From Candidatus Marinacidobacterium sp. (GTDB lineage Bacteria > Acidobacteriota > Vicinamibacteria > Marinacidobacterales > Marinacidobacteraceae): a stretch of DNA of 64,000 nucleotides. The first letter of the stretch is position 1; every line of letters begins with the position of its first letter. The position numbers were made by a program, and so were the translations under genes. The DNA lies in NCBI GenBank assembly GCA_965204755.1, contig OZ242011.1, positions 1,600,001 to 1,664,000 of the forward strand, in the 5' to 3' direction. This document shows positions 47,957 through 57,787 of this stretch, in pieces. The notes beneath the pieces were generated by a model, which saw only the letters and a program-made list of their open reading frames with translations, was not told where the DNA came from and made no database searches.

Positions 47957-50170
47957 TCAGAAACTCTTCAGGTAGGTCAACTTCATCACCGCGGTGCGGC
48001 GGGTCCAGCGGCGGGCTCGGGGGTCGAGGTCGTCGTCGGTGAGGTAGCCGGTGTCGAGCACCAGGAACAGGTCGCTGCCCGGCGTGTGGATCCAGTCCAC
48101 GCGGATGTTGGCCTGCAACTCCTTCGACAGGTCGTCCCACTGGACGAGCGCGTTGGCGAAGAGTTTCCGGCTGACCGCGGCGCCGATGTCGAAAGCCAGC
48201 AGGGTGGCGGTGAAGTCGCCGTCGGGGACCGGCAGCGACACGGCGCTCCGGGAGAGTCGCGCCCCGACGGTCAGGTGCGGGCCGGTCTTCACCGTCAGGC
48301 CGCCCTCCAGACTGGTCCGGGTCCCGTTCCAGAAGCCGCCGGTGGTCAACTCCGCGCCTCCCGACAGCGCGCGGCTGTCGTTCGTCCGGAACTCCAGGTC
48401 GTAGGAGCGGAACCGGTAGTCGCCGGGCGCGAGCGTCCGGCCGCGGATCGAATCCGGCCCGCCCAAGCGCTCGAACCGGTCGTCCAACTCCACCTCCAAA
48501 CTGTCCCCCGACTCGAACTCGAAACCGAGTTCGGCATTGACCAGGCGGGACTGCAACTCGCCGTCCGTGCCGTGGATCCGCTCCCCGCCGAGCGAGAGCG
48601 CGGCTTCGCGGGCCCAGTCGCTCTGCTCGAATCTCGGCTCGAAACCGGTCCACAGGTACCAAGCGTCCTGGTCGGGCCGGCGGACGAAGCCGAGCGCCGG
48701 ATCGAAGTTCCGGCCGACATGCGATCTCCCGACGCTCAACGAGTACCGGTCGTTCTCCAGGTCGAGCGCCGCCTCCCCGGCGCGGCTGTCCGACCGGAAC
48801 TCGCCGGTGGTTTCGTCCCGGACCGCGGCGCCCCAGAGGCGGAGCGCCGAACTGGTGAAGAACCGGGCGTGGAGGTCCGCGCCGACCGCGCGGCTGCCCG
48901 CTTCGCCGTCCGGGTCGAGGCTGGTGGCGATGACTCCGAGGGTGGTGCGTTCCCGGAGGTCGGCGCGCAGGCGGAGCACCGAGTTCCACGCCGCGGAGGC
49001 CCGGTCGCCGTCCGGCGAGCCGGCGCCGGTGCGGAGCGCGAGCGCGCCGATGGAGAACGGGCCGGCCTGTCCGGTGAGCCGGCCGCCGCCCAGGATGCCG
49101 CCGTCGAGCCCGACCCGCCGGCTGAAGAAGACTTCGGTATCGCGCGAGTTACCGAACTGGAAGAGGCCGGCGCGTTCGAGGAAGAACTCGCGCTTCTCCG
49201 GGAAGAACAGGTCGAAGCGCGTCAGGTTGATCTGGACATTGTCGGACTCGACCTGCGCGAAGTCGGTATTCCAGGTGAGGTCGAGCGTCAGGTTCGGCGT
49301 CACCCGGTACTTGAGGTCCGCGCCCGCCTTCCCCTGCGCGTCGAACCCGGTTTCGCCGGCGGGCTGCTGCGCGCCGAGCGAACCGTAGGGTTTCAACTCC
49401 AGGTGCCGGCCCCGGCGCACGCCTTCGAGCCCGACGAGCGTCGCGTACTGCGATACCTGGGCGATGCCCGCCCGGTAGTCCTGCCCGATGTGCGGCCATA
49501 CCACCGTCTCGTTCTTCCGGCGGATGGAGCGCGAAAACGCGATGCCCATCACCGGCTCCTCCACATCGGCGAACCGGATCGTGGTGAAGGGGATCGCCAT
49601 CTCGAGGACCCAGCCGTCTTCGTCCACCGTGGTTTCGGTGGTGAAGACCCCGTCCCAATTCCAGTCTTCCCGGTCGAGGCTCTCGTCGGAGAGGAGGGCG
49701 TCGTCCTGGGTTCCGAGCGCGCCCACTTCGAAGATGTAGGCGTTCTTGCGGTCGTGGTAGGTGTCGAGGCCGATGATGACCCGGTCGTCCTTGTCTATGC
49801 GGCCGCCCCGTTCGAGGATCGCCCGCCGGATGCGTTCCGGTTCGGAGTCGAAGAAGCGGAAACCGAAGTAGAGCGCGTTCTCGTCGTAGGCGATCCGCAC
49901 TTCGGTCGGCTCGCTCGCGGGAGCCCCGTCCACCGGCGCGCGTTGGCGGAAGCCGGTGATCGACGGTATGCCGCGCCACGGGGAGTCGTCGAGCACGCCG
50001 TCGATTTCGGGCGGCGTCGAGACGCGGACGGCGCGAACGACCGGCGCCGAGTCCCGCCCGGCGGTCGGTTGGGCGGCGGCGGCGCATGGCGCGGCGAGCG
50101 CGACGAGCGCGGCAGGCGCGACGGGCAGGAGCGCGCCCGAAGTGAGCAGGGACGGAGGGCGGCGGGACAC
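47957..50170 (-). CDS. CBM9-like/DUF5916 outer-membrane protein
   Basis: PEIDGVLDDSPW, WNTDFAQVESD and FFPEKREFFLE motifs; C-terminal F. Confidence 0.85.
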   Translation of the reverse strand: MSRRPPSLLTSGALLPVAPAALVALAAPCAAAAQPTAGRDSAPVVRAVRVSTPPEIDGVLDDSPWRGIPSITGFRQRAPVDGAPASEPTEVRIAYDENALYFGFRFFDSEPERIRRAILERGGRIDKDDRVIIGLDTYHDRKNAYIFEVGALGTQDDALLSDESLDREDWNWDGVFTTETTVDEDGWVLEMAIPFTTIRFADVEEPVMGIAFSRSIRRKNETVVWPHIGQDYRAGIAQVSQYATLVGLEGVRRGRHLELKPYGSLGAQQPAGETGFDAQGKAGADLKYRVTPNLTLDLTWNTDFAQVESDNVQINLTRFDLFFPEKREFFLERAGLFQFGNSRDTEVFFSRRVGLDGGILGGGRLTGQAGPFSIGALALRTGAGSPDGDRASAAWNSVLRLRADLRERTTLGVIATSLDPDGEAGSRAVGADLHARFFTSSALRLWGAAVRDETTGEFRSDSRAGEAALDLENDRYSLSVGRSHVGRNFDPALGFVRRPDQDAWYLWTGFEPRFEQSDWAREAALSLGGERIHGTDGELQSRLVNAELGFEFESGDSLEVELDDRFERLGGPDSIRGRTLAPGDYRFRSYDLEFRTNDSRALSGGAELTTGGFWNGTRTSLEGGLTVKTGPHLTVGARLSRSAVSLPVPDGDFTATLLAFDIGAAVSRKLFANALVQWDDLSKELQANIRVDWIHTPGSDLFLVLDTGYLTDDDLDPRARRWTRRTAVMKLTYLKSF

Positions 50171-50315
50171 GGGGAGTCGCTGAGTCGGAACGCCGGCGGG
50201 GGTCTTCGGTTCCGATGGCGGCTCCGTGCGGCGCGGATGGTACGCCGCGCCGCGCGGCGAGTCCCCCGCTCCGTCCCGCTCTCCGCCCTTTGCTCCCGCC
50301 GCTACCCTTCGGGCG

Positions 50316-51038
50316 ATGTCCGCGCTCCGTTCCCTCCGCGTTCCCGCTCCGCGGTCCGTCTTCCGCCCTCTCGCCGCCGCCGCCGCCCTCGCCGCCGCCA
50401 TCTTCTCCGCGGCAACCGGCGCGGCCGGCGGCGGGAACGAACCGTCCCCGCGGCCCGCACAGGCGGAGGAACGCTCCGCGCGCGTGGTCTTCGAGACGCC
50501 GCGCGGGGAGATCGAAGTCGCCCTCCTTCCCGACCGCGCCCCGGTCTCGGTGGCGCAGTTCCTCCGCTATGTGGACGGCGGCCACTACGACGGCGCCGCC
50601 TTCTACCGCGCCACCCGCACCGCCTCCGGCGCGGCCTTCGACATCGTCCAGGGCGGCCTCCGCCGTCTCCCGATGCTCACCGGCGCCACCGGCGAAGCCG
50701 AAGAGGAGCCGCCGTTCCCGCCCATACCCCACGAGACCACGGACGAAACCGGCCTCCCGAACGAGCGCGGCGTCCTCGCCTACGCCCGCCGGGACCCCGG
50801 CACCGCCAACTCCGAGTTCTTCTTCAACCTGGGGCCGAACCGGGTGCTGGACAGCGGCGTGGACACTCCGGGACGGGACGGCTTCGGCTACGCCACCTTC
50901 GGCCGGGTGACCCGTGGCCTCGAAGTGCTCGACGCCATCCAGCAGTCGCCGACCGACGCCCCGACCGAGGTCGAAGTCGTCCGGGGCCAGATCCTGAACG
51001 ACCCCGTCCCCATCCTCCGCATCCGCCGGGTCGAGTAG
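50316..51038 (+). CDS. Cyclophilin-type peptidyl-prolyl isomerase (exported)
   Basis: APVSVAQFLRYV..GHYDGAAFYR, IVQGG, GTANSEFFFN and GYATFGRV motifs. Confidence 0.92.
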   Translation: MSALRSLRVPAPRSVFRPLAAAAALAAAIFSAATGAAGGGNEPSPRPAQAEERSARVVFETPRGEIEVALLPDRAPVSVAQFLRYVDGGHYDGAAFYRATRTASGAAFDIVQGGLRRLPMLTGATGEAEEEPPFPPIPHETTDETGLPNERGVLAYARRDPGTANSEFFFNLGPNRVLDSGVDTPGRDGFGYATFGRVTRGLEVLDAIQQSPTDAPTEVEVVRGQILNDPVPILRIRRVE

Positions 51039-51326
51039 TTCCCGCGGGCGGCGGCGCCTCGCCGTCCGACCCCGCCGGCGCCCCCGCCGAAGGGGTGACG
51101 GTTTTCGTCGTGGCCCTTACCGAGGGTTCCCGGCGGCTTCGAAGCGCTCGACGCCGGCGATGTCGAGCGCGCCGGCCATTCCCCGGCCGGCGGAATGGAA
51201 ATCCTGCGGACTCGGCAGACGGTCTCCGGGCAACGCGCCGCCGACCCGGCTCGACTCGAGGAAGATTCGGCGACGCCCGAGGAACCGCGCCACCTGCGGC
51301 GCAAAGGAAACGATCCAATACGCGTC

Positions 51327-54302
51327 ATGAACGAGAACGACACCGCGCTCGCCCGCGGCTACCTGTCGAACGCGATCCGTTCGGCCTTCAGTAACGACAA
51401 ACGCGCCATCGCCCTGGCCAAGTGGCTCCGCCGCTACGACGACGAACTGGAAGAAGACGGAATCGCCGACCTGCGGGCGCTGTGCGAGGCGCACCAGGAA
51501 TCCGCGGAGCAGGAATCCGAGCCGAAGGACGAGCCCCCGACGACCCTCTGGCGGCCTTCCGGCCCCGAGGCGCCTCTCGGCGAGGCGGCGAGGGCCCGAC
51601 ACCTGCTGTCCCGGGCGGACGCCGCGCTTCGAGCGGAGTCCGACGGCGCGTCGACCGACGAACACTTCCGGAACAGCCCGACGGCCCGGGCGGCCTCCCT
51701 GTTCGCCTCCCGCCTCGGCCTCGGCCCGGCGGCGGCCGCGGTGCTGCACCTGGGCCACCTGTATGTCGAGTGGAGCGCGGTCGAACACCTCTACGACCAC
51801 CTCCACGAAACGCGAAAGGACATGGCGGCCACCAGCGCGACGCTCCTCGGCGTCCGCCGGCGGGAAGTCACCGACGCGTTGCTCGCGCTGCTGGAGTTCG
51901 GCTTCGGCGACCGCAGTTACTGGTACTCGGACCGCGGCCTCGGGTCGTTCGCGAACGACATCGAAGCCATCTGGCAGCCTCCGGTACGGAACGACGCGGA
52001 ATTGCTGGAGCGCCTCGTGGGGCGTCCGTCCGAGCCTTCCCTCGATCTCGACGACTTCCCCCACCTGGACGCGCGGGACGACGCGGTCCGCCTCCTCGCC
52101 GGCGCGCTGCGGCAGTCCACGCCGGGCGTGAACATCCTGCTCCACGGACGCGCCGGGACCGGCAAGACCGAGTTCGCCAAGACGCTGGCCGCCGCGGCGG
52201 GAGGCCGCCTCTATTCCACCGGCGAGCCGGAGGCCGAAGGCGAATCCCGAGGCGGCAACCCGGGCATCGACCGGCGCAACGATCTCCGCCGGGCCGACCG
52301 CCTGCTCTGGACCGAAGGCGACGCCGTCCTCCTCTGCGACGAACTCGACGAGGTCTTCGACGCCGGCGAAAAGGGTTCCCGCGTGTCGCGGCTCCGCCTG
52401 CTGGAAGACAACCGCACGCCGACCATCTACACCGCGAACCGGATCGGCGACCTCGACGAAGCGGTCCTCCGCCGCTTCATGCTGATCGCGCGCTTCACCG
52501 CGCTTTCGCCCGGCCGCCGGACGGACATGAACCGCCGGATCCTGGCGGGCGCCGACCTTCCGAAAGTCGCCGACGCCGATGCGCTGGCGGCGCGCCTGTC
52601 CGACGAACTCGAAGCCGCGCCCGGAGTGCTGGCGCAGGCGATCCGGGTCACCGGCCTCACCGGGGGCGGGGACGACGAACTCTTCCGCCACGCCGAACGC
52701 ATCGAGCGCGCGATCTCCCGCAACCGGGCCCGCCCGCGGCTCGGCCCGCCGGTCGGGGCGAAACACCCGTGGTCGGCCTTCGCCCACCTCGGCAAGCACG
52801 CCCGGGATGTGCGCGACTCGCTGGCGGCCGCGGTCTTCGGCGGTGAAGACGGCGCCGGTTCCGGCGCCCGGGCGGAGCGCCGAACGGGCGTCAACCTGCT
52901 CTTCTACGGGCCTCCCGGCACCGGCAAGACCGAATTCGCGCGGACGCTCTGCGCCGAGATCGGCGCGCGGCTCTATTCCGTCGGCGAAAAGGAGTTCGGC
53001 CCCGACGCCCGCGCCGCCGCGGATCGCTTCGACAGTCTGGAGTACGCGCTCGAAGCGCTCGCCGACGAGCCGGGAACCGCGCTCCTCTTCGACGAGATGG
53101 AGGACCTGCCCGCGCTCATGCCCAAGCAGTGGCTGAACGGCGTGCTCGAAGCGAACCCGGTCCCCATCCTCTGGGCGGCCAACTCCACCGACTACTACCG
53201 GGAGGTCGAGCCGTTCTTCCTCGACCGGATGCTGCACGCCCTCGAGTTCCGCGCGGTTCCCGCCGTCCGGCGGAAGAAGATCTACGACCGCATCCTTTCG
53301 CGGCGCGGTCTCGCCGAGGAAGCGTCCGCGCAACTGGCCGGCGAGTTCGCCCGGATGCCCGATGTGACGCCGCGCCAGGTGACGCTCGCGTCCTCGTGGG
53401 CCGCGGTCCGCGACGGCGACGCCGACGGGATCCGTCGAAACCTCGCCCGGAAGCGCCGCCTCCGCCGCGGCGCCGCTCCGGCCGCGCCGCCTTCGCCGTC
53501 CCGCTACGACGCGAAACTCCTGCGCGCCGACTGCGACCTGGTGGAACTCGCCGACCGGATCGTGGCCGGCGGCCCCCGGCGCATGGGTCTGCTGTTCTCC
53601 GGGCCTCCCGGCGCCGGCAAGACCGCTTTCGTCCGCCACCTCGCGGAGCGCTGGGAGCGCGAGACGCTTTCCCGCCGCGCCTCCGACCTGCTCGGCCGGT
53701 ATGTCGGCGACAACGAGCGCAACCTCGCCCGCGCCTTCGAGGAAGCCCGCGACCTCGACGCGATCCTGGTGCTGGACGAGGCGGACTCCCTGCTCGCCGA
53801 CCGCCGGGGCGCCGACACGCACTGGCAGGTCGGACTGGTGAACGAACTCCTGAGCCAGATGGAGTCGCATCCGCTCCCCTTCGCCTGCACCACGAACCTC
53901 TCGGACGCGCTCGATCCGGCGTCGCTGCGGCGCTTCCTGTTCCGCGCGAAGTTCCGCTTCCTCGACGGCCCGCGCATCGCCCGCGCCTTCCGCCTGTTCT
54001 TCGACGCCGACGCTTCCCCCGAGGTGCGCGGCCTCCCCGGTCTCACCCCGGCGGACTTCGCGCTCGTCCGCGAACGCGCCGCGGTGCTGGACTTCCTCGA
54101 CGACGCCGACCGCATCACCGAGGAACTGCGCAAGGAGTCCGCCGTCAAGGAGCCCCGCCTCCCCCGCGCCGTCGGTTTCGCTCCGGTCGGCGACGGGAAG
54201 GACGCCGACCGCCCCGCCGCGCCCCGGACCGCGCCCCGGCCCGCGCCGCCGGCGCCGAGTCCCTGCCGGAAACGCGAACGCTCCCCCCGGAGTCCGCGAT
54301 GA
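51327..54302 (+). CDS. AAA+ ATPase with three tandem AAA modules
   Basis: Walker A GRAGTGKT, GPPGTGKT and GPPGAGKT; Walker B LLCDE, LLFDE and LVLDE; SRH LDEAVLRRF and LDPASLRRF. Start may be 51195. Confidence 0.9.
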   Translation: MNENDTALARGYLSNAIRSAFSNDKRAIALAKWLRRYDDELEEDGIADLRALCEAHQESAEQESEPKDEPPTTLWRPSGPEAPLGEAARARHLLSRADAALRAESDGASTDEHFRNSPTARAASLFASRLGLGPAAAAVLHLGHLYVEWSAVEHLYDHLHETRKDMAATSATLLGVRRREVTDALLALLEFGFGDRSYWYSDRGLGSFANDIEAIWQPPVRNDAELLERLVGRPSEPSLDLDDFPHLDARDDAVRLLAGALRQSTPGVNILLHGRAGTGKTEFAKTLAAAAGGRLYSTGEPEAEGESRGGNPGIDRRNDLRRADRLLWTEGDAVLLCDELDEVFDAGEKGSRVSRLRLLEDNRTPTIYTANRIGDLDEAVLRRFMLIARFTALSPGRRTDMNRRILAGADLPKVADADALAARLSDELEAAPGVLAQAIRVTGLTGGGDDELFRHAERIERAISRNRARPRLGPPVGAKHPWSAFAHLGKHARDVRDSLAAAVFGGEDGAGSGARAERRTGVNLLFYGPPGTGKTEFARTLCAEIGARLYSVGEKEFGPDARAAADRFDSLEYALEALADEPGTALLFDEMEDLPALMPKQWLNGVLEANPVPILWAANSTDYYREVEPFFLDRMLHALEFRAVPAVRRKKIYDRILSRRGLAEEASAQLAGEFARMPDVTPRQVTLASSWAAVRDGDADGIRRNLARKRRLRRGAAPAAPPSPSRYDAKLLRADCDLVELADRIVAGGPRRMGLLFSGPPGAGKTAFVRHLAERWERETLSRRASDLLGRYVGDNERNLARAFEEARDLDAILVLDEADSLLADRRGADTHWQVGLVNELLSQMESHPLPFACTTNLSDALDPASLRRFLFRAKFRFLDGPRIARAFRLFFDADASPEVRGLPGLTPADFALVRERAAVLDFLDDADRITEELRKESAVKEPRLPRAVGFAPVGDGKDADRPAAPRTAPRPAPPAPSPCRKRERSPRSPR

Positions 54303-57300
54303 GGGTTCCCGACGGGTTGCTGGAGTCCGTCGTCGGTCTCGCCGCCGCGAGCGCCGGGAAGACCGGGCTACGCGCCGCCGTAAGCCGCGCGGCGATCGCC
54401 GGCCTGACCGCGGTCGGCCTTCCGTCGCGCCTGAGGGACCGGTACGGGGATACCGCGCTGTACCGCGCGGTCGATGCGAACCGGTCCCCGGAGACGCTGT
54501 CGGCGTTGCTCGCGGCCGGAGTGCCGGCGAACGCGCCCGAGGGGAGACGGGAAACGCCGCTGCATCGCGCGGCCAAGGACAACGCCGGGCCCGCCGTATT
54601 CGAAGTCCTGCTCCGGGCCGGAGCGGAGGTCGGCGCGACGGAGTGGGGCTCCGTGACGCCCCTCCACGACGCGGCGGCCCACTGTTCGGATCCGGCCGTC
54701 ATCGGGATCCTGCTGGCGGCGGGCGCGAAGGTCGATGCGAAGAGCCAGGAAGGGTTTCCGCTGCATCGGGCTGCCGGGAAGAACCCGAATCCCGCCGTCG
54801 TCGAGGCGCTGCTCGCCGCGGGTGCGGAGGTCAACGCGAAAAGTTGGAGGGAGAGGCCCCTGCATCGGGCAGCGGCGGACAACCCGAATCCCGCCGTCGT
54901 CGAGGCGCTGCTCGCCGCGGGTGCGGAGGTCAACGCGAAGAGTCGGAGGGGGACGCCTCTGCATCGGGCGGCGGCGGACAACCCGAATCCCGCCGTCATC
55001 GAGACGCTGCTCGCCGCCGGCGCGGAGGTCAACGCCACGCGCCGGGGAGAGACGCCTCTGCATCGGGCGGCCGCGCACAACCCGAATGCCGAGGTGATCG
55101 AAGTCCTCCTGGCGGCGGGAGCCGATACCGGCGCCCGCAGTGAGTACGGCCGAAACACGCCGCTCCATGAAGCCGCCGTCCACGGTCAGGACCTCGCCGT
55201 CATCGAGGCCCTCGTCGCCGGCGGCGCCGACCTCGACGCGACCGACGGTTTCGGACAGACGCCCCTGCACCGCTCCGCGTCGAGCGGTTCGCCGGAGGTG
55301 ATCGAGGCGCTCGTCGCCGCCGGCGCCGCCGTCGACTCCCGCGACCGCCTGGGGTGGACGCCGCTGCACACCGCGGCCTACGACAACTTCAACGCCGGAG
55401 TCGCGGAGATCCTCCTCAAGGCCGGCAGCGATCCGGAGGCCGGGGACCGGCGCGGCAGAACCCCGCTTCACCTGGCGGCCATGATCCGCCGTCCGCCGGC
55501 CTTGCCCTGCGCCCAAAGCGTGATACCCCGTCGCAAGGCGGTGAAGAACGCCCTCCTGGCCGCCGGCGCGGACACCGACGCGCGGGACAACGCCGACCGG
55601 CGCCCGTTCGACCGGAAGTCCGTAGAGCAGGAGATCCACCCCCCACGCGGGGAACGCGCGGACCGGACGCTGGTCGTCGGCGAATCGCAGGTCGCGGCGA
55701 TCGCGTTCGACGCTCCGGTCCGCGTGGAAGTGACGAACATCTCCGGATCCGTCGCCGTCGAGCCGTACCGCCGCCGCGGCGTCTTCCGCATCGTCGGCCG
55801 GAAACCCGGGCGCTCGGTCGTTCACTTCTTTCGAGGGGGCTGCTGGGGATCCGGCGAGTCGGCGGATGAGCCGGGCTCCCTGAGCGGTATCCGGCATACC
55901 CTCGGCAGTCGCTTCGGGCGGCGGCCGCGGTACGCGTTCACCTTGTCCTTCGAGGTGGTCTCGCCGCTCCTCGCGGCCGCCCGGAGGGATCCGAACCCGG
56001 AGGTCATCGCCGGACTGGTGGCCGCCGGGGAAGATCTGCGCGCATCCGACGAGCGCGGAAGGACGCTGCTCGACCTCGCCATCTCACGCGGGGGCGGAGC
56101 GCCGGGGGCGGTGGACGCGCTGCTCGACGCCGGCGTCGACGCCACTTGGACCAAGTTCGAGAACATGCCGCTGCACCGCGCCGCCCGCTACTCCACCCGG
56201 CCGGAAATCATCCGGTCACTCGTCTCCGCCGGCGCCGAAGTCGGCGCTCGCTGGCCGATCGTCAGCAAACACAACGAAACGCCGCTGCACTTCGCCGCCA
56301 GGCACAACCCGAACCCCGCGGTCATCGAGGAGTTGGCGGCGGCCGGGGCGAAGGTCGGGGCGCGCGCTCGGAACAAACGGACGCCGCTCCACCTCGCGGC
56401 GTCGCGGAACCCGAATCCGCAGGTCCTCCGGGCGCTCGCCAACCGGGGCGCGAAACTCGACGCCCGCGACCACCGGCGGCGGACGGCGCTGCGCCTCGCC
56501 GTCCTCCGCCGCGCGGAACCCGGAGTCCTCGCCGAGTTGCTGGCGGCGGGCGCCGACCCGAACGCCCGCGACGAGGACGGACGGACAGCGCTGCACCTCG
56601 CGGTTTCCCCGCCGCCGGAGGACGCGCGCTTCCCGCTGCCGGACGGCGAACGAATCCGGGAGACCGTCGGGATTCTCCTGCGCGCCGGCGCGGCCGTCGA
56701 CGCCCGGGACACGGGCGGCCGGTCGCCGCTCCACGACGCCGCGCGGGGTTCGCAGGATTCCCCGAGTTCAGCAGTCGGGATCGAGACGCTCGTGGATGCC
56801 GGCGCCGGCTTGGAGGATCGCGACCGCCACGGGCGCGCGCCGCTCCACCTGGCGGCGGCATACGGTTCGACGGCGCCCGTCGAAGCGCTCCTCCGCGCCG
56901 GCGCGGACCCGAATCGGCGCGACGACGGCGGCGAAACCGCGCTCCACGCCCTTGCCGCGCGGTGCGACGCGACGGCAGACGCCTTCGAGGCGCTCCTCGA
57001 CGCCGGCGGCCGGCGCGACCTCCGGAATCACCGGGGCGAAACCCCGGCCGAGCGCGGCGCGCTCCATCGGAACACGGCGGTCTTCGGGGCGCTTCACCCG
57101 GCGGCGGCGCTTCGAGACGCGGCGGCCGTAGAGGAGGCGAGGCGCTGGATCCGGCGCCACGCCAAACGATTGGGGCATTCTCGCGCCTTCTGCTCGAAGC
57201 GCCTCGGCGCCTGCGACGGGGTCATCCGGCCCCGACCGCTCGAAATCGTCCGAAGCGGCGAAGAGATTTCGCCCGAGGCCCGTCGACTGCTGGACGGTAT

Positions 57301-57787
57301 CGCCTGCCGCTGCGCCGGGCATCCGGCGGTGGGGAAGCGTTTCCTCAAGAAGGTCTGGATCTTCGAGCGGGTTCCTCCGCCGCCGGTCTTCCCTCCGCGC
57401 GGGCCGGCGCGAGATCCGATCTACCGGGGCGAGGAGGTCTTCTACGGACTGCGAAGCGGCCCCGCCGCGCGGCAGGCGATCCGCTGGCTCGACCGTCACG
57501 CGGAAGGTCTGCGGAGGCAGCCGTTCTTCTCGGGCCTTTCGTTCTCCGCGCGGGGGCCGGTGATGGCCCCGGACCTCTCGACCGTCGTCGAGCGTTGGGG
57601 CTTGTCCGATCCCTGGGAGGGGCTGACTTACCGGAGCCGGGAACTCCTCAAGCGTCTCCCGCGTCGGCGCGACGACCAGGTGTGGCCCCGTTTCGTGAGG
57701 ATCGCGAGGGTGTACCAGCGGACGAGCGTGGAGTTCTCCCGCAGCATGGCGGGGTCTTCGAGTCCGGATCGGGGAACGGCCCGATGA
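54299..57787 (+). CDS. Large ankyrin-repeat protein (~1160 aa) with an internal beta-rich insert and a duplicated C-terminal domain
   Basis: About 20 TPLHxAA repeats in two blocks; ATG overlaps the ATPase stop (ATGA). Confidence 0.9.
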   Translation: MRVPDGLLESVVGLAAASAGKTGLRAAVSRAAIAGLTAVGLPSRLRDRYGDTALYRAVDANRSPETLSALLAAGVPANAPEGRRETPLHRAAKDNAGPAVFEVLLRAGAEVGATEWGSVTPLHDAAAHCSDPAVIGILLAAGAKVDAKSQEGFPLHRAAGKNPNPAVVEALLAAGAEVNAKSWRERPLHRAAADNPNPAVVEALLAAGAEVNAKSRRGTPLHRAAADNPNPAVIETLLAAGAEVNATRRGETPLHRAAAHNPNAEVIEVLLAAGADTGARSEYGRNTPLHEAAVHGQDLAVIEALVAGGADLDATDGFGQTPLHRSASSGSPEVIEALVAAGAAVDSRDRLGWTPLHTAAYDNFNAGVAEILLKAGSDPEAGDRRGRTPLHLAAMIRRPPALPCAQSVIPRRKAVKNALLAAGADTDARDNADRRPFDRKSVEQEIHPPRGERADRTLVVGESQVAAIAFDAPVRVEVTNISGSVAVEPYRRRGVFRIVGRKPGRSVVHFFRGGCWGSGESADEPGSLSGIRHTLGSRFGRRPRYAFTLSFEVVSPLLAAARRDPNPEVIAGLVAAGEDLRASDERGRTLLDLAISRGGGAPGAVDALLDAGVDATWTKFENMPLHRAARYSTRPEIIRSLVSAGAEVGARWPIVSKHNETPLHFAARHNPNPAVIEELAAAGAKVGARARNKRTPLHLAASRNPNPQVLRALANRGAKLDARDHRRRTALRLAVLRRAEPGVLAELLAAGADPNARDEDGRTALHLAVSPPPEDARFPLPDGERIRETVGILLRAGAAVDARDTGGRSPLHDAARGSQDSPSSAVGIETLVDAGAGLEDRDRHGRAPLHLAAAYGSTAPVEALLRAGADPNRRDDGGETALHALAARCDATADAFEALLDAGGRRDLRNHRGETPAERGALHRNTAVFGALHPAAALRDAAAVEEARRWIRRHAKRLGHSRAFCSKRLGACDGVIRPRPLEIVRSGEEISPEARRLLDGIACRCAGHPAVGKRFLKKVWIFERVPPPPVFPPRGPARDPIYRGEEVFYGLRSGPAARQAIRWLDRHAEGLRRQPFFSGLSFSARGPVMAPDLSTVVERWGLSDPWEGLTYRSRELLKRLPRRRDDQVWPRFVRIARVYQRTSVEFSRSMAGSSSPDRGTAR
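54760..55090 (+). repeat. Near-identical 99-bp ankyrin-coding repeats
   Basis: CTGCATCGGGC...AACCCGAATCCCGCCGTC...GCTGCTCGCCGC recurs every 99 bp. Confidence 0.85.

Noticed and set aside
53129-54298. N-terminal 390 aa of the 1552-aa track ORF
   Set aside because: Alternative-frame overlap with the AAA ATPase; the ATGA-coupled start at 54299 is more plausible.
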